From NCBI GenBank assembly GCA_021163845.1, contig JAGGTH010000078.1, positions 2,607-66,606 on the forward strand: a stretch of 64,000 bases of DNA. Reading direction: 5' to 3'. Under the pieces are notes generated by a model, which saw nothing but the letters and a program-made list of their open reading frames with translations, did no database searches and was not told where the DNA came from. A program made the position numbers and the translations under genes. Position 1 is the stretch's first letter. Each line of letters begins with the position of its first letter. Source of the stretch: Helicobacteraceae bacterium (GTDB lineage Bacteria; Campylobacterota; Campylobacteria; Campylobacterales; Sulfurimonadaceae). Of this stretch, positions 9,593 to 19,274 are shown in pieces.

Positions 9593-9820
9593 ATGAATTC
9601 AATAAAACATATACAAAATGCTCTTAGCGAGCTTGATACAGAAGTAGAGAAGATCCTCCTCAACTGGGATATTCCTCTCAATGAAAAAGACAATCTGATG
9701 CTTCCACTTTTGCAACAAAAAAAAGTGCTCACACAAACGCTTGAAGATCTAGAGTATCTTCGAGATAACCCACCCACGCCAAATCAGCCGTGTGGAATAT
9801 CAAAATATAGGGCAGAATAA
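9593..9820 (+). CDS. Small hypothetical protein (75 aa, helical)
   Basis: Fills the space between the rpmI promoter and a terminator hairpin; amphipathic composition. Confidence 0.65.
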   Translation: MNSIKHIQNALSELDTEVEKILLNWDIPLNEKDNLMLPLLQQKKVLTQTLEDLEYLRDNPPTPNQPCGISKYRAE

Positions 9821-9847
9821 AAAAAGAGAGGTTTTATTTAACTTTAG

Positions 9848-9881
9848 AAGATATATAAGGGTGCTCCTTATATATCTTTTT
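9848..9881 (+). terminator. Intrinsic terminator between convergent genes
   Basis: AAGATATATAAGG-GTGCT-CCTTATATATCTT 13-bp stem followed by a T-run. Confidence 0.75.
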
Positions 9882-9892
9882 ATCCAGAAAGT

Positions 9893-11704
9893 CTATTTTT
9901 TTGGTAGATTCATAAAAATATCTCTTTCATCTTGACCCTCAGAGTTATCAACGCTTCGGATACTACTTGTAGTCCCTATAAACTGATTAACTGCAGTAAG
10001 GTTTCCATTGCTACTAATATCAAATACATGCCATACATCGTTGTAACCAGAAGAACCTGCAGGTGCGGTAAATGTTCTTGATATCCCTGATGCAGTAGTT
10101 ACATTAACAACCGCAGGAGACTCCGAAATAGTTGAACTACCGCTAAAATGATGTACATAAAAACTATACACACCGCTTTCGACACGACAAATTGTTGTTG
10201 TTTCAGGTCCATAACTTGATACATCATCTAAGTCGAGTGCCGCTATCACATTTTCATTTGCACAAGGGTTTGATGCATTAAAATCTCCAAGCATCGGATT
10301 ATAATAACCCATTATTCCGTTTGTTGTATGATATTGATTGTAGTATGCAATATGAAATCTATTCCCACTTGCATTTTCACCCGCTAAAGTCACATTTGGT
10401 CCAGTAAGATGTGAATCAAGATCACTTGGAGCGGCTCCCCAAGTAAGCTGAATTGTTGCAAAAGCATTTGCACTATTATAACCACTAATGGTACTAAAGA
10501 TAGACAAAGTAGGTGCTTCATAACTATCTGCTACTCCATAGGAATAAACAGTCATATAGTTTGTAGAATATCCATCAAATGTTGCACTAGCGGTATATAC
10601 ACCCGCAGCTAAACTTACATTATAGACTCCGTCTGCATCTGTAGTTGTTGTTGCAACAACATCACCTGTTCTATTATTCGCATTTGCCCTAAAAGAGAGT
10701 GTTACCCCCTGAAGTGATTCTCCAGATCTAGCATCTATAACAGTTCCTCTTACTTCTCCACTACCACTCATAGTATCTGGTATCATCACAACTGTACCTA
10801 CCGAAGTATTTGTAAATGTAGAAAAATTATTACGAATAGCGCTTAAATAACCCTCTGCCTCAATACGCACAGTATAGACTCTAAATAAAGGAAGCTCTTC
10901 ATAAATAAACAATCCCTCTTGGCTGGAACTTGCAGTGTACTCATCACCATTTGTACTTGTAAAAGTTATAGTAGCCCCATTTATTGGACCTCCCAAAAGA
11001 CTATTTAACGTACCACTCACTCTCGTAGTAGCATCTGCTGTAATATTTGCATCATTAAAGGTATTAAGAACTTCATCATCTAAGCGAATAACAAGGTCAT
11101 CATTTTCGATTTCTATATCAAGTGCGTCTAAAAGAGCATCATAGCCTGTGTGATCAGCTGTAAATGAATCTCTAAAGTGATCAAAGCTTGCAACATTTTC
11201 TGCAGTCATATAAGGCGCCAATGCACTATTTAGCTGGGTAACTACGGGATCTACATTAGCGATGAGTGTACTCTGATTGGCAAAATCACTGTAGAGTTCT
11301 GAAACACCCGCAAGATTGCCTTGTGTTGCCACTGTATCAAGCACATAAGATGTCAAAGGTGTAACATTTGTAACTATACCATCTGTTTGTGCAAAGGAAA
11401 AAAGAACAATCCCATCTTCCGTCGAAGCTCTCACAATGTAAGGAGCTGTCAAGCCTGTCAGACTCGCCCTGTACTCACCATTACTATTACTTGTAGTGGT
11501 ACTTTCTATACCATTGGCACCAACAACAGAAATCTCGGCCTCAAGCGGTAATCCAACCGCAACAGTACCCCCAATTTGACCAGCTGGAACCACAACTGTG
11601 TCTCCACCATCATCAGGAATGGCAGTCGTATTATCTGAGTCAGAACCACAGCCTTGAAAAATAAGTGCTACTACAACACTCAATATTAAAAGATACTTCT
11701 TCAT
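9893..11704 (-). CDS. Surface lipoprotein with carboxypeptidase-regulatory-like beta-sandwiches and a C-terminal YfaP/DUF2135-like domain
   Basis: Lipobox IFQGC; T(T)D.DG.Y-type beta-sandwich repeats; WGAAPSDLDSHLTGP and LDDVSSYGPETTTI motifs; T/A-ending codon style unlike the neighbouring genes. Confidence 0.75.
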   Translation of the reverse strand: MKKYLLILSVVVALIFQGCGSDSDNTTAIPDDGGDTVVVPAGQIGGTVAVGLPLEAEISVVGANGIESTTTSNSNGEYRASLTGLTAPYIVRASTEDGIVLFSFAQTDGIVTNVTPLTSYVLDTVATQGNLAGVSELYSDFANQSTLIANVDPVVTQLNSALAPYMTAENVASFDHFRDSFTADHTGYDALLDALDIEIENDDLVIRLDDEVLNTFNDANITADATTRVSGTLNSLLGGPINGATITFTSTNGDEYTASSSQEGLFIYEELPLFRVYTVRIEAEGYLSAIRNNFSTFTNTSVGTVVMIPDTMSGSGEVRGTVIDARSGESLQGVTLSFRANANNRTGDVVATTTTDADGVYNVSLAAGVYTASATFDGYSTNYMTVYSYGVADSYEAPTLSIFSTISGYNSANAFATIQLTWGAAPSDLDSHLTGPNVTLAGENASGNRFHIAYYNQYHTTNGIMGYYNPMLGDFNASNPCANENVIAALDLDDVSSYGPETTTICRVESGVYSFYVHHFSGSSTISESPAVVNVTTASGISRTFTAPAGSSGYNDVWHVFDISSNGNLTAVNQFIGTTSSIRSVDNSEGQDERDIFMNLPKK

Positions 11705-11909
11705 GTTTTTATTCTCCTTTTATTAGAAATAAATATTATTTCTTATTTTATATTAAGAGATACTGAATATTGTGAATATACTCTTTTTGAATGTTTTGAG
11801 AAAAAAGATGACCTCTTGTTCTTGCGTGGAAGCTGTACTTAGTAGTTTGATTGGCAAAAGAATTAAAAAAGATAATGGAAGTTTTTTTGTGATGAGTGTG
11901 AGATAAAAG

Positions 11910-12014
11910 ACTCCCCTCCAGATACCTGCGGCACACGACGAAATAAGGCGTGCTGCTGTATTCCTACCCTGACACAGTATCTCAAAACACCGTTGCACAG
12001 GTCTAAAGGGAAGC
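11910..12014 (-). ncRNA. ffs: Signal recognition particle RNA (bacterial small SRP/4.5S)
   Basis: Minus strand has the domain IV signature UCAGGGUAGGAAUACAGCAG, GUGUGCCG, and a closing stem GCUUCCCUUUAGA/UCUGGAGGGGAGU followed by UUUU; TATAAT at 12021-12026 sits 7 nt upstream. Confidence 0.9.
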
Positions 12015-12069
12015 GATGGAATTATAACCAAAAAAACTTAAACATTTATATAGCATTTTGGACTCTTTT

Positions 12070-12125
12070 TTGTAACTTTATTGTCACCAAGTCGAAACAT
12101 AAGCGTAATAAACTCTTTTTATACT
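12070..12125 (+). promoter_or_regulatory. Pho-box-like array (4 half-sites) plus -10 element
   Basis: TGTAAC 12071, TGTCAC 12082, CGAAAC 12093 and CGTAAT 12104 at 11-bp period; 10 nt later TATACT (12120-12125). Confidence 0.7.
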
Positions 12126-12153
12126 GTCACAAAATTTATACATGGAGTTCAAA

Positions 12154-14253
12154 ATGACATCAAAGAAAAAGATAGCACTAAGTGCGCTCGTAGCTGCAAT
12201 GGTTGCCTTTACAGGTTGTGGAAGCAGTAGTAGTGGAGATGATACAACTACACCAACAACGCCAACTGAGCCTACAACACCGACTGAACCAACTACACCG
12301 GTTGAGACAAACTCAACAATGTTCACAGGAACATCAGCAGAGACACTTCAAGCAAAATTTGATGCTCAAAGTGATGTAGTGTATCCTGCTCTTGCAAAAG
12401 AAACTATTGCGAGTATCATCAGTACTGACACAACTCTTACGAATGATAAGATCTGGATCATTGATGGTTTAGTAACAGTTCAAAGTGGTGCTACACTTAC
12501 AATCGAGCCAGGTACTGTTGTTGCTGGTAAATATGGTACTGCTGATAATTCAAGTTATATGGTAATTGATGCTGGTGCTAAGATCATGGCTGATGGTACA
12601 GCTGATGCACCAATTATATTCACTTCTGAAAAAGCTGTTGATGGTGAAACGCCTGCTGTTGGTCAATGGGGTGGTTTAACTCTTATTGGTAACGCTGGAA
12701 ATGATCAAGTAAAACCTTATGAAGTAAATGAAGATTTCGTCGCAGGTACTTCTGATATGGCTGACAACTCTGGTGTACTTCGCCATGTTAAAGTATTAAA
12801 CTCTGGTATCACTATGGCTGAAGATAAAGAGATCAATGGTTTAAGCTTTGTTGGTGTTGGTTTTGGAACTACTGTTGAAAACATCACAGTTGATCTCTCA
12901 GATGATGATGGTATTGAGCTTTGGGGTGGTACTGTAAACCTTGCAAACATCACTATCTCAAGATGTACAGATGATCACTTCGACTTTGATGATGGATTCT
13001 CTGGGCTTGTAACAAACCTTGTTATTAACAACACTATGGGAAATGCTGGTATTGAGATGTCAGGTAACACTGCTGCTACAATTGATGGATTCAACATCAC
13101 TATGACTGATACTGCTAAAGAGGGTGGTATCTATTTCAAAGGTACTGGTATTGGTGGTACTCTTAAAAATGGTACAGTAACTTATATGGTTCCTGATAAT
13201 GGTTATGGAGCTATCCACTCTAACGATGTTATTGATGCAGATAATACTTCTTTTGAAAATGTATCCCTTGTAACAAATAGTGCTTCTCAAAATATTACAG
13301 GAACATCAGCAGAGACACTTCAAGCAAAATTTGATGCTCAAAGTGATGTAGTGTATCCTGCTCTTGCAAAAGAAACTATTGCGAGTATCATCAGTACTGA
13401 CACAACTCTTACGAATGATAAGATCTGGATCATTGATGGTTTAGTAACAGTTCAAAGTGGTGCTACACTTACAATCGAGCCAGGTACTGTTGTTGCTGGT
13501 AAATATGGTACTGCTGATAATTCAAGTTATATGGTAATTGATGCTGGTGCTAAGATCATGGCTGATGGTACAGCTGATGCACCAATTATATTCACTTCTG
13601 AAAAAGCTGTTGATGGTGAAACGCCTGCTGTTGGTCAATGGGGTGGTTTAACTCTTATTGGTAACGCTGGAAATGATCAAGTAAAACCTTATGAAGTAAA
13701 TGAAGATTTCGTCGCAGGTACTTCTGATATGGCTGACAACTCTGGTGTACTTCGCCATGTTAAAGTATTAAACTCTGGTATCACTATGGCTGAAGATAAA
13801 GAGATCAATGGTTTAAGCTTTGTTGGTGTTGGTTTTGGAACTACTGTTGAAAACATCACAGTTGATCTCTCAGATGATGATGGTATTGAGCTTTGGGGTG
13901 GTACTGTAAACCTTGCAAACATCACTATCTCAAGATGTACAGATGATCACTTCGACTTTGATGATGGATTCTCTGGGCTTGTAACAAACCTTGTTATTAA
14001 CAACACTATGGGAAATGCTGGTATTGAGATGTCAGGTAACACTGCTGCTACAATTGATGGATTCAACATCACTATGACTGATACTGCTAAAGAGGGTGGT
14101 ATCTATTTCAAAGGTACTGGTATTGGTGGTACTCTTAAAAATGGTACAGTAACTTATATGGTTCCTGATAATGGTTATGGAGCTATCCACTCTAACGATG
14201 TTATTGATGCAGATAATACTTCTTTTGAAAATGTATCTATCGTAGTTGAGTAA
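12154..14253 (+). CDS. Secreted beta-helix-type lipoprotein with two identical domains
   Basis: Lipobox AFTGC, PTTPTE linker; each domain has IEPGT, PIIFTS, GQWGG, DNSG, EINGL and DDGIELWGGTVN motifs typical of lipoproteins encoded beside TonB-dependent receptors. Start moved to the ATG after GGAG. Confidence 0.8.
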   Translation: MTSKKKIALSALVAAMVAFTGCGSSSSGDDTTTPTTPTEPTTPTEPTTPVETNSTMFTGTSAETLQAKFDAQSDVVYPALAKETIASIISTDTTLTNDKIWIIDGLVTVQSGATLTIEPGTVVAGKYGTADNSSYMVIDAGAKIMADGTADAPIIFTSEKAVDGETPAVGQWGGLTLIGNAGNDQVKPYEVNEDFVAGTSDMADNSGVLRHVKVLNSGITMAEDKEINGLSFVGVGFGTTVENITVDLSDDDGIELWGGTVNLANITISRCTDDHFDFDDGFSGLVTNLVINNTMGNAGIEMSGNTAATIDGFNITMTDTAKEGGIYFKGTGIGGTLKNGTVTYMVPDNGYGAIHSNDVIDADNTSFENVSLVTNSASQNITGTSAETLQAKFDAQSDVVYPALAKETIASIISTDTTLTNDKIWIIDGLVTVQSGATLTIEPGTVVAGKYGTADNSSYMVIDAGAKIMADGTADAPIIFTSEKAVDGETPAVGQWGGLTLIGNAGNDQVKPYEVNEDFVAGTSDMADNSGVLRHVKVLNSGITMAEDKEINGLSFVGVGFGTTVENITVDLSDDDGIELWGGTVNLANITISRCTDDHFDFDDGFSGLVTNLVINNTMGNAGIEMSGNTAATIDGFNITMTDTAKEGGIYFKGTGIGGTLKNGTVTYMVPDNGYGAIHSNDVIDADNTSFENVSIVVE
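12325..14237 (+). repeat. 941-bp direct repeat (12325-13265 and 13297-14237), period 972 bp
   Basis: Protein halves are identical; antisense ORFs 12717-12953 and 13689-13925 are identical; unique 31-bp spacer at 13266-13296. Confidence 0.95.
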
Positions 14254-14285
14254 CTCTTTGCTTTAATAAATTCTTCCTTCTTTAA

Positions 14286-14311
14286 AGGTGGGCATCTCGC
14301 CCACCTCTTTT
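14286..14311 (+). terminator. Intrinsic terminator
   Basis: AGGTGGGC-ATCTC-GCCCACCT stem followed by CTTTT. Confidence 0.8.
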
Positions 14312-14326
14312 CTCTCTTGTGTCTTC

Positions 14327-14382
14327 TTGTCACCAAATTGTAACTAAAGAGTAACTTTGTTGTAATCCCAATTTTATAGACT
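14327..14382 (+). promoter_or_regulatory. Pho-box-like array (4 half-sites) plus -10 element
   Basis: TGTCAC 14328, TGTAAC 14339, AGTAAC 14350 and TGTAAT 14361 at 11-bp period; 10 nt later TAGACT (14377-14382). Confidence 0.75.
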
Positions 14383-14409
14383 TTCATATCTTAAAACTTC
14401 AATGGGGAT

Positions 14410-15174
14410 ATGACCATGTCAAAAACAAAACTCAGTATACTCCTAAGTGTCTTGCTTAGTTGCTCAAGCGCTCAGGCAAGCTCGCAAAACCTAGTCGAAT
14501 CACTTATGAAATTACGTGCGGATGTAGAACGCCTTGATAGTGCTATCGTCTCTGAAAAAGAGGATTATAGTGCAACTATACGATCACTCATGCGCCAAAA
14601 AGATGATCTTAGTTCTGTAGTTGCACGTGAAGAACTTAGTATCAAACAAACTCGCCAAGAGCTTGATAAAGTACGCAAAGAGATAACCGAGGCTTCTAAA
14701 AACTCTGAAGGTCTCAAGCCCCTTTTACTTGAAGCTATAGAGAGACTTCAGGCAAATATCCAAAGCTCTCTCCCTTTCAAAACAAAAGCGCGTCTCGCAG
14801 ATCTTGCTAAAACAAAAGAGCAGATCGAGACAGACCTCATCACTCCACAAAAAGGTCTTGCACTGATCTGGAACGCTTACACAGATGCAATGCGTATGAC
14901 AAAGGAGAATGGTCTATTTAAACAAACAATCTCCCTCAACGGAGAAGACAGACTTGCAGAAATAGCTCGTGTGGGAACGATGATGCTTTTCTTTAAGACA
15001 CCTGATAACCAAGTAGGCTACGTAGAAAAAGATGCAAATGGCTACAGCTACCGTGAAGCACAAACAAAAGAGAGCCAAGAGCAGATACTCTCCCTCTTTG
15101 ATGCCTTTAAAAAGCAGATCAGAACAGGGTACTTTACCCTCCCTGATGCGATTCTTTCAATGGAGACAAAATAA
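14410..15174 (+). CDS. DUF3450-like periplasmic coiled-coil protein (TtpB-like)
   Basis: Signal peptide, coiled coil, LPF..ARL and RVG motifs; first gene of a TonB2-type operon. Confidence 0.7.
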   Translation: MTMSKTKLSILLSVLLSCSSAQASSQNLVESLMKLRADVERLDSAIVSEKEDYSATIRSLMRQKDDLSSVVAREELSIKQTRQELDKVRKEITEASKNSEGLKPLLLEAIERLQANIQSSLPFKTKARLADLAKTKEQIETDLITPQKGLALIWNAYTDAMRMTKENGLFKQTISLNGEDRLAEIARVGTMMLFFKTPDNQVGYVEKDANGYSYREAQTKESQEQILSLFDAFKKQIRTGYFTLPDAILSMETK

Positions 15175-16484
15175 TGAAAAAAATATTTTTAACCCTACTG
15201 ACACTTTGTACTTTTTTAAGTGCAGATGAAACGAACTTACAAAAAGCGTATGCCAAAGAGTTTGCTTACCTCAAAGCACAAAAAGAGATGCTCACGCAAA
15301 GACTTCAAGAGGTTCAGATACAAAATGATGCGAAGCTACGTGACGCAAAAAAAGATATTACAAGTCTTGAAAAAGAGGTACTGGCTAAAAATGCTCTGAG
15401 TGAAAAACTCTCCGATGAGCTTTTCCGTGCAAGACAAAACTTTCAGATGCTCGGTGATGATACAGCACTTGTAGAATCGGTACTGATGCAAGCAACAAAT
15501 ACACTCAAACCTCACAGTATTGATATAGTGGTAGATAAAGAACACTACCAAGAAGCACTTCGTAGCATCTTTGTAAATACAGATAAGCTTATCAGAGAGC
15601 TCTCTTCTCTTCGTACAGTATCGGGTAAATTCTACGCCCAAGATGGAAGCGAAGTGCAAGGGCAGATCATCCAAGTAGGAAATATTGCAAGTTACGGTAT
15701 CTCTGCAAATCTTAGTGGTGCTCTTGTTCCTGCAGGTGATGGCAAGCTCAAGATCTATAAAGCTCCAGAAGCTGCGCAAAGTGCTAAAGCACTTTTAAAT
15801 AAACAAAGTCCAAGTGAGCTCAATATCTTTGTATATGAAAACGCAAGCAAAGAGATCGAAGATGTAAAAGAGAAAACGATCATAAGCATCATTAACTCAG
15901 GTGGAATCATCGGTTGGGTGATCGTCTTTTTAGGTCTTATAGGTGTTTTACTTGCTATCTTGCGTGCTTTCTTCTTAATGGGTGCGAGCACTACAACCGA
16001 TACCCTTACAAGAGACACGCTTCAAACACTCCTTAAAGGTGGTGTTGAAGATGCTCTAGAGTTTCTCAAAAACAAAAGAGGCTCAACAGCGCGTGTACTC
16101 AAAGCAACTGTACGTAATCTTGATCGTGACCGTGAGCATATCGAAGATATCGTCGCGGAGTCTATCTTACATGAGAGTAGCCGTTTAGATAAATTTGGCT
16201 CTGTGATCCTAGTAATTGCAGCTGTATCACCTCTGCTTGGTCTTTTAGGGACGGTGACAGGGATGATAGCAACTTTTGACATCATCACCGAGTTTGGTAC
16301 AGGTGATCCGAAGCTTCTCTCAGGTGGTATCTCTATCGCACTTGTAACAACGGAGCTTGGTTTGATCGTGGCGATTCCTATCTTAATGATAGGTAATCTT
16401 TTAGGTGGATGGGCTGAGAAAGTAAAAGACTCTATGGAGCACTCAGCACTTCACCTCATCAACGAATACAACAAACAAAAATAA
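15174..16484 (+). CDS. TtpC-like large MotA/TolQ/ExbB-family protein
   Basis: Large periplasmic N-domain plus SPLLGLLGTVTGMI and GGISIALVTTELGL. Confidence 0.85.
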   Translation: MKKIFLTLLTLCTFLSADETNLQKAYAKEFAYLKAQKEMLTQRLQEVQIQNDAKLRDAKKDITSLEKEVLAKNALSEKLSDELFRARQNFQMLGDDTALVESVLMQATNTLKPHSIDIVVDKEHYQEALRSIFVNTDKLIRELSSLRTVSGKFYAQDGSEVQGQIIQVGNIASYGISANLSGALVPAGDGKLKIYKAPEAAQSAKALLNKQSPSELNIFVYENASKEIEDVKEKTIISIINSGGIIGWVIVFLGLIGVLLAILRAFFLMGASTTTDTLTRDTLQTLLKGGVEDALEFLKNKRGSTARVLKATVRNLDRDREHIEDIVAESILHESSRLDKFGSVILVIAAVSPLLGLLGTVTGMIATFDIITEFGTGDPKLLSGGISIALVTTELGLIVAIPILMIGNLLGGWAEKVKDSMEHSALHLINEYNKQK

Positions 16485-16485
16485 G

Positions 16486-17091
16486 ATGCAACTCTTAGAG
16501 CAATTCTTAGGCTATATGCAAAGCGGTGGCTTTGTGATGTGGCCACTGGCAATTCTCGTACTTGTACTTTGGTACGCGCTTGGGTATCGATTTCATACCC
16601 TCAAACGTGGCTCAAATGCCAATGTGCGTAACCTTGTGAGGAAATTTAGCCAAGGGATACGAAGTGAGCCGCAAGGGCTTATAGATGGAGCAATCGTAGA
16701 GGCACTCAAAGTGATCAAAACTCATGGGGCAAACAAAAACTCTCGAAAACTTCTTGATGATCTTTTTAGTGAATGGCTTGTGGTGATAAAGCGCTACAAA
16801 ACAACTATCAAAACGATCGTTATCGTAGCTCCGCTCATTGGTTTATTAGGGACAGTTTCAGGGATGATTGAGACTTTTGATTCACTTGCATCTGCTGAGC
16901 TTTTTTCACAAACAGGGGGGATAGCAGGGGGAATTTCCCAAGCTCTCTTTACAACGCAGCTCGGACTCGTTGTAGCAGTCCCTGGGCTTATAATGGGTCG
17001 TATGCTCGATAAAAAAGCTGCCAATATGGAGCTAGAACTTGAGCAAATCAAAGATATTTTATGTTCTGAAGGGGTAACAAATGAGATTTAG
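16486..17091 (+). CDS. exbB: ExbB/TolQ proton channel protein
   Basis: APLIGLLGTVSGMI, GGISQALFTTQLGL. Confidence 0.88.
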   Translation: MQLLEQFLGYMQSGGFVMWPLAILVLVLWYALGYRFHTLKRGSNANVRNLVRKFSQGIRSEPQGLIDGAIVEALKVIKTHGANKNSRKLLDDLFSEWLVVIKRYKTTIKTIVIVAPLIGLLGTVSGMIETFDSLASAELFSQTGGIAGGISQALFTTQLGLVVAVPGLIMGRMLDKKAANMELELEQIKDILCSEGVTNEI

Positions 17092-17485
17092 AAACAAAAA
17101 AACGGATGAGCTTGGCGTAGATATGTCGCCACTTATCGATATGGTTTTTATCCTGCTCATATTTTTTATGGTGAGTTCTACTTTTGTTAAAGATATGAAG
17201 TTAGACCTCAACCGTCCAGGTGCATCTTCGGCGAGCAAAGCATCTAGCAAAGTAGTGCGTGTGTATATCGATCAAGCAGGTGATACCTATGTGGACAATC
17301 AGCCTGTCAAAGTATGGGCGATTCAAGGGCGTCTTCGAGATCTCCTTCGTGCCTCTACAGAGCAATCGGTACTTGTGATCACAGACAACACTATTCCTGT
17401 AGATAAACTGATCGAAGTGGTCGATCAGTGCCGTATGGCTGGGGCAAAAGATGTTGCCGTGGCAACTGAAAAAGAGGTTGGATAA
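17081..17485 (+). CDS. exbD: ExbD/TolR biopolymer transport protein
   Basis: DMSPLIDMVFILLIFFMV. Confidence 0.92.
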   Translation: MRFRNKKTDELGVDMSPLIDMVFILLIFFMVSSTFVKDMKLDLNRPGASSASKASSKVVRVYIDQAGDTYVDNQPVKVWAIQGRLRDLLRASTEQSVLVITDNTIPVDKLIEVVDQCRMAGAKDVAVATEKEVG

Positions 17486-17486
17486 G

Positions 17487-18113
17487 GTGAAAGATCTAAA
17501 AAACCATCTCAAAGCATCTTTATGGATGGTTTTTGGCTTATTTTTTGTTTTTAGCACAGTGATACTTATGAACAGTGAATCAGATGTAGGAAACACTGAG
17601 TCAAAAAAAGAGAGTGCTGCCTTTGAGATACAAAAGATCTCAAAACCAAAGCCCAAGCCAAAACCAAAGCCTAAGCCAAAACCAAAGCCTGCACAAAGTA
17701 AGAGAGTCGCACCCTCCCCTTCACTTGCATCGAGTCTTAGTGGAATCGATACAGGTTTAGAGAACTTTATGAGTGCAGACTTAGAAGATGGCTCCCTCTT
17801 AGGTGATGTCGATAAAGATGTCGTCATGAGTGAAGAGAGTGTAGATGAAGCACCTACTCCTACACAAAGAGGCGCTATGGAGTACCCAAAAGCAGCAAAA
17901 AAAATGGGGCTCAAGGGCTATGTTGTTGTCAACCTTCTTATCAATAAAGAGGGTGAAGTAGAAATGAGCAAAGTCTTAGAATCAGAACCTGCAGGCGTTT
18001 TTGATGATGTGGTACTTGAGGGTGTCAGAACATGGAAGTTTAAACCCGCACAATACAAGGGTGAAGCTGTAAAAGTATGGGCAAAACAGAAGGTCCGTTT
18101 TGATTTTCAATAA
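17487..18113 (+). CDS. tonB: Energy transducer TonB
   Basis: N-terminal transmembrane helix, PKPKPK linker, YPKAA...WKFKPA C-domain. GTG at 17487 preferred over the track start at 17451. Confidence 0.9.
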   Translation: MKDLKNHLKASLWMVFGLFFVFSTVILMNSESDVGNTESKKESAAFEIQKISKPKPKPKPKPKPKPKPAQSKRVAPSPSLASSLSGIDTGLENFMSADLEDGSLLGDVDKDVVMSEESVDEAPTPTQRGAMEYPKAAKKMGLKGYVVVNLLINKEGEVEMSKVLESEPAGVFDDVVLEGVRTWKFKPAQYKGEAVKVWAKQKVRFDFQ

Positions 18114-18125
18114 AAAGAGTACAGA

Positions 18126-19274
18126 ATGAAAAAATTATTATTACTACCAATTCTTTTAAGCCTCACACTTACACTGCTTGAGGCAAAGAAAAAAACAGAT
18201 GAAATAGATCATGTTGCGCTCGCCGCACTTTTGTTGCGTGATGGGCATATACAAAAAGCTGCAGATGAGTTAGGAAGTGTTGATCTTGAAGATAAGAGTA
18301 TCGATCTCATGCGCTTCTATACGCTCAAAGCACTTGTAGCATCCAAGCAAGGTCTTTATAAAGAGTCAAATCAATTTTTCTTAGAGTCTATAAAAGCTGG
18401 TCAAGAGGATAAAACCATCTTCTTATATATGGCACAAAACTCTTTTAAACTTCAAGAGTATAAAGAGTCACTTGGCTATTTAGATGCTGCAGGAGACCTC
18501 GCACTAGAAAAGCCTTCCCTCTTCTCACTCCGAGCAGAGCTGTACTGGAGACTAGATCAAAAAGAGAAAAGTTTTGAAGTGTTAGAGCGTGGAATGCAAA
18601 AGTTTGACAATGAATACACACTTTTAAAACAGCGCTTTTTTTACTCTATGTCTCTTGGGCTTTACCAAAGTGCACTTGATGATGCGCACCTTTATCTCAA
18701 CCATGCAAAACTTGATGAGCAAAGTGCCCTTGTATTTATCAATGCCTTTAAAAAAGCGAATCAATTAGATGATGCTATCGCTTTGGCCGAAGAGCTTCTT
18801 TTGCAATTTGATAAAAGTGCGAAACTTACGGCTCTTTTGGCATATCTTTATATCGACAAAGGGATGCTGCAAAGTGCAGCTGATCTCTTTGATAAAGCAT
18901 CCATTAAAGATGAACTTTACACTAAAGAATCCGCCGAACTGTATCGCCGTGCGAAAAACTTTGTGCTCTCTTTATACAAAAACTCACAACTTCTTGATAC
19001 CAAAGAGAAGCTCAAACAACGCATCGCCATCTATTTAGAATATGGCGCTTACGAAAAGGTGGTTGTGAGTCACAATGCACTCTTGCGAAGTGGACTTTTA
19101 GAAGATGAAAATATTCGCTACGCACTTGCATACTCCTACTACATGGTAGGTGATTTTGATGCTTGTGAGAAAGAACTCAGACAACTTAGCTCCTCAGATC
19201 TTTTCAAAAAAGCAACAGAGCTGAGAAAAAATATACAAAAATGTAAAACCGATGGTTGGGAGTGTGAATTATGA
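18126..19274 (+). CDS. TPR-repeat protein (TtpD-like)
   Basis: Signal peptide and helical TPR-like repeats; follows tonB as in TonB2/TonB3 operons. Confidence 0.7.
   Translation: MKKLLLLPILLSLTLTLLEAKKKTDEIDHVALAALLLRDGHIQKAADELGSVDLEDKSIDLMRFYTLKALVASKQGLYKESNQFFLESIKAGQEDKTIFLYMAQNSFKLQEYKESLGYLDAAGDLALEKPSLFSLRAELYWRLDQKEKSFEVLERGMQKFDNEYTLLKQRFFYSMSLGLYQSALDDAHLYLNHAKLDEQSALVFINAFKKANQLDDAIALAEELLLQFDKSAKLTALLAYLYIDKGMLQSAADLFDKASIKDELYTKESAELYRRAKNFVLSLYKNSQLLDTKEKLKQRIAIYLEYGAYEKVVVSHNALLRSGLLEDENIRYALAYSYYMVGDFDACEKELRQLSSSDLFKKATELRKNIQKCKTDGWECEL

Noticed and set aside
9820-11910. Integrative element inserted at the ffs 3' end
   Set aside because: No integrase and no duplicated ffs 3' end (att site) found near 9.8-9.9 kb.
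11753-12031. 92-aa minus-strand ORF and 62-aa ORF 11748-11936
   Set aside because: They overlap the SRP RNA gene and have no protein-like features.
17645-17690. PKPKPK tandem repeat in TonB and PTTPTE repeat at about 12250-12300
   Set aside because: Ordinary proline-rich spacers for these protein classes.
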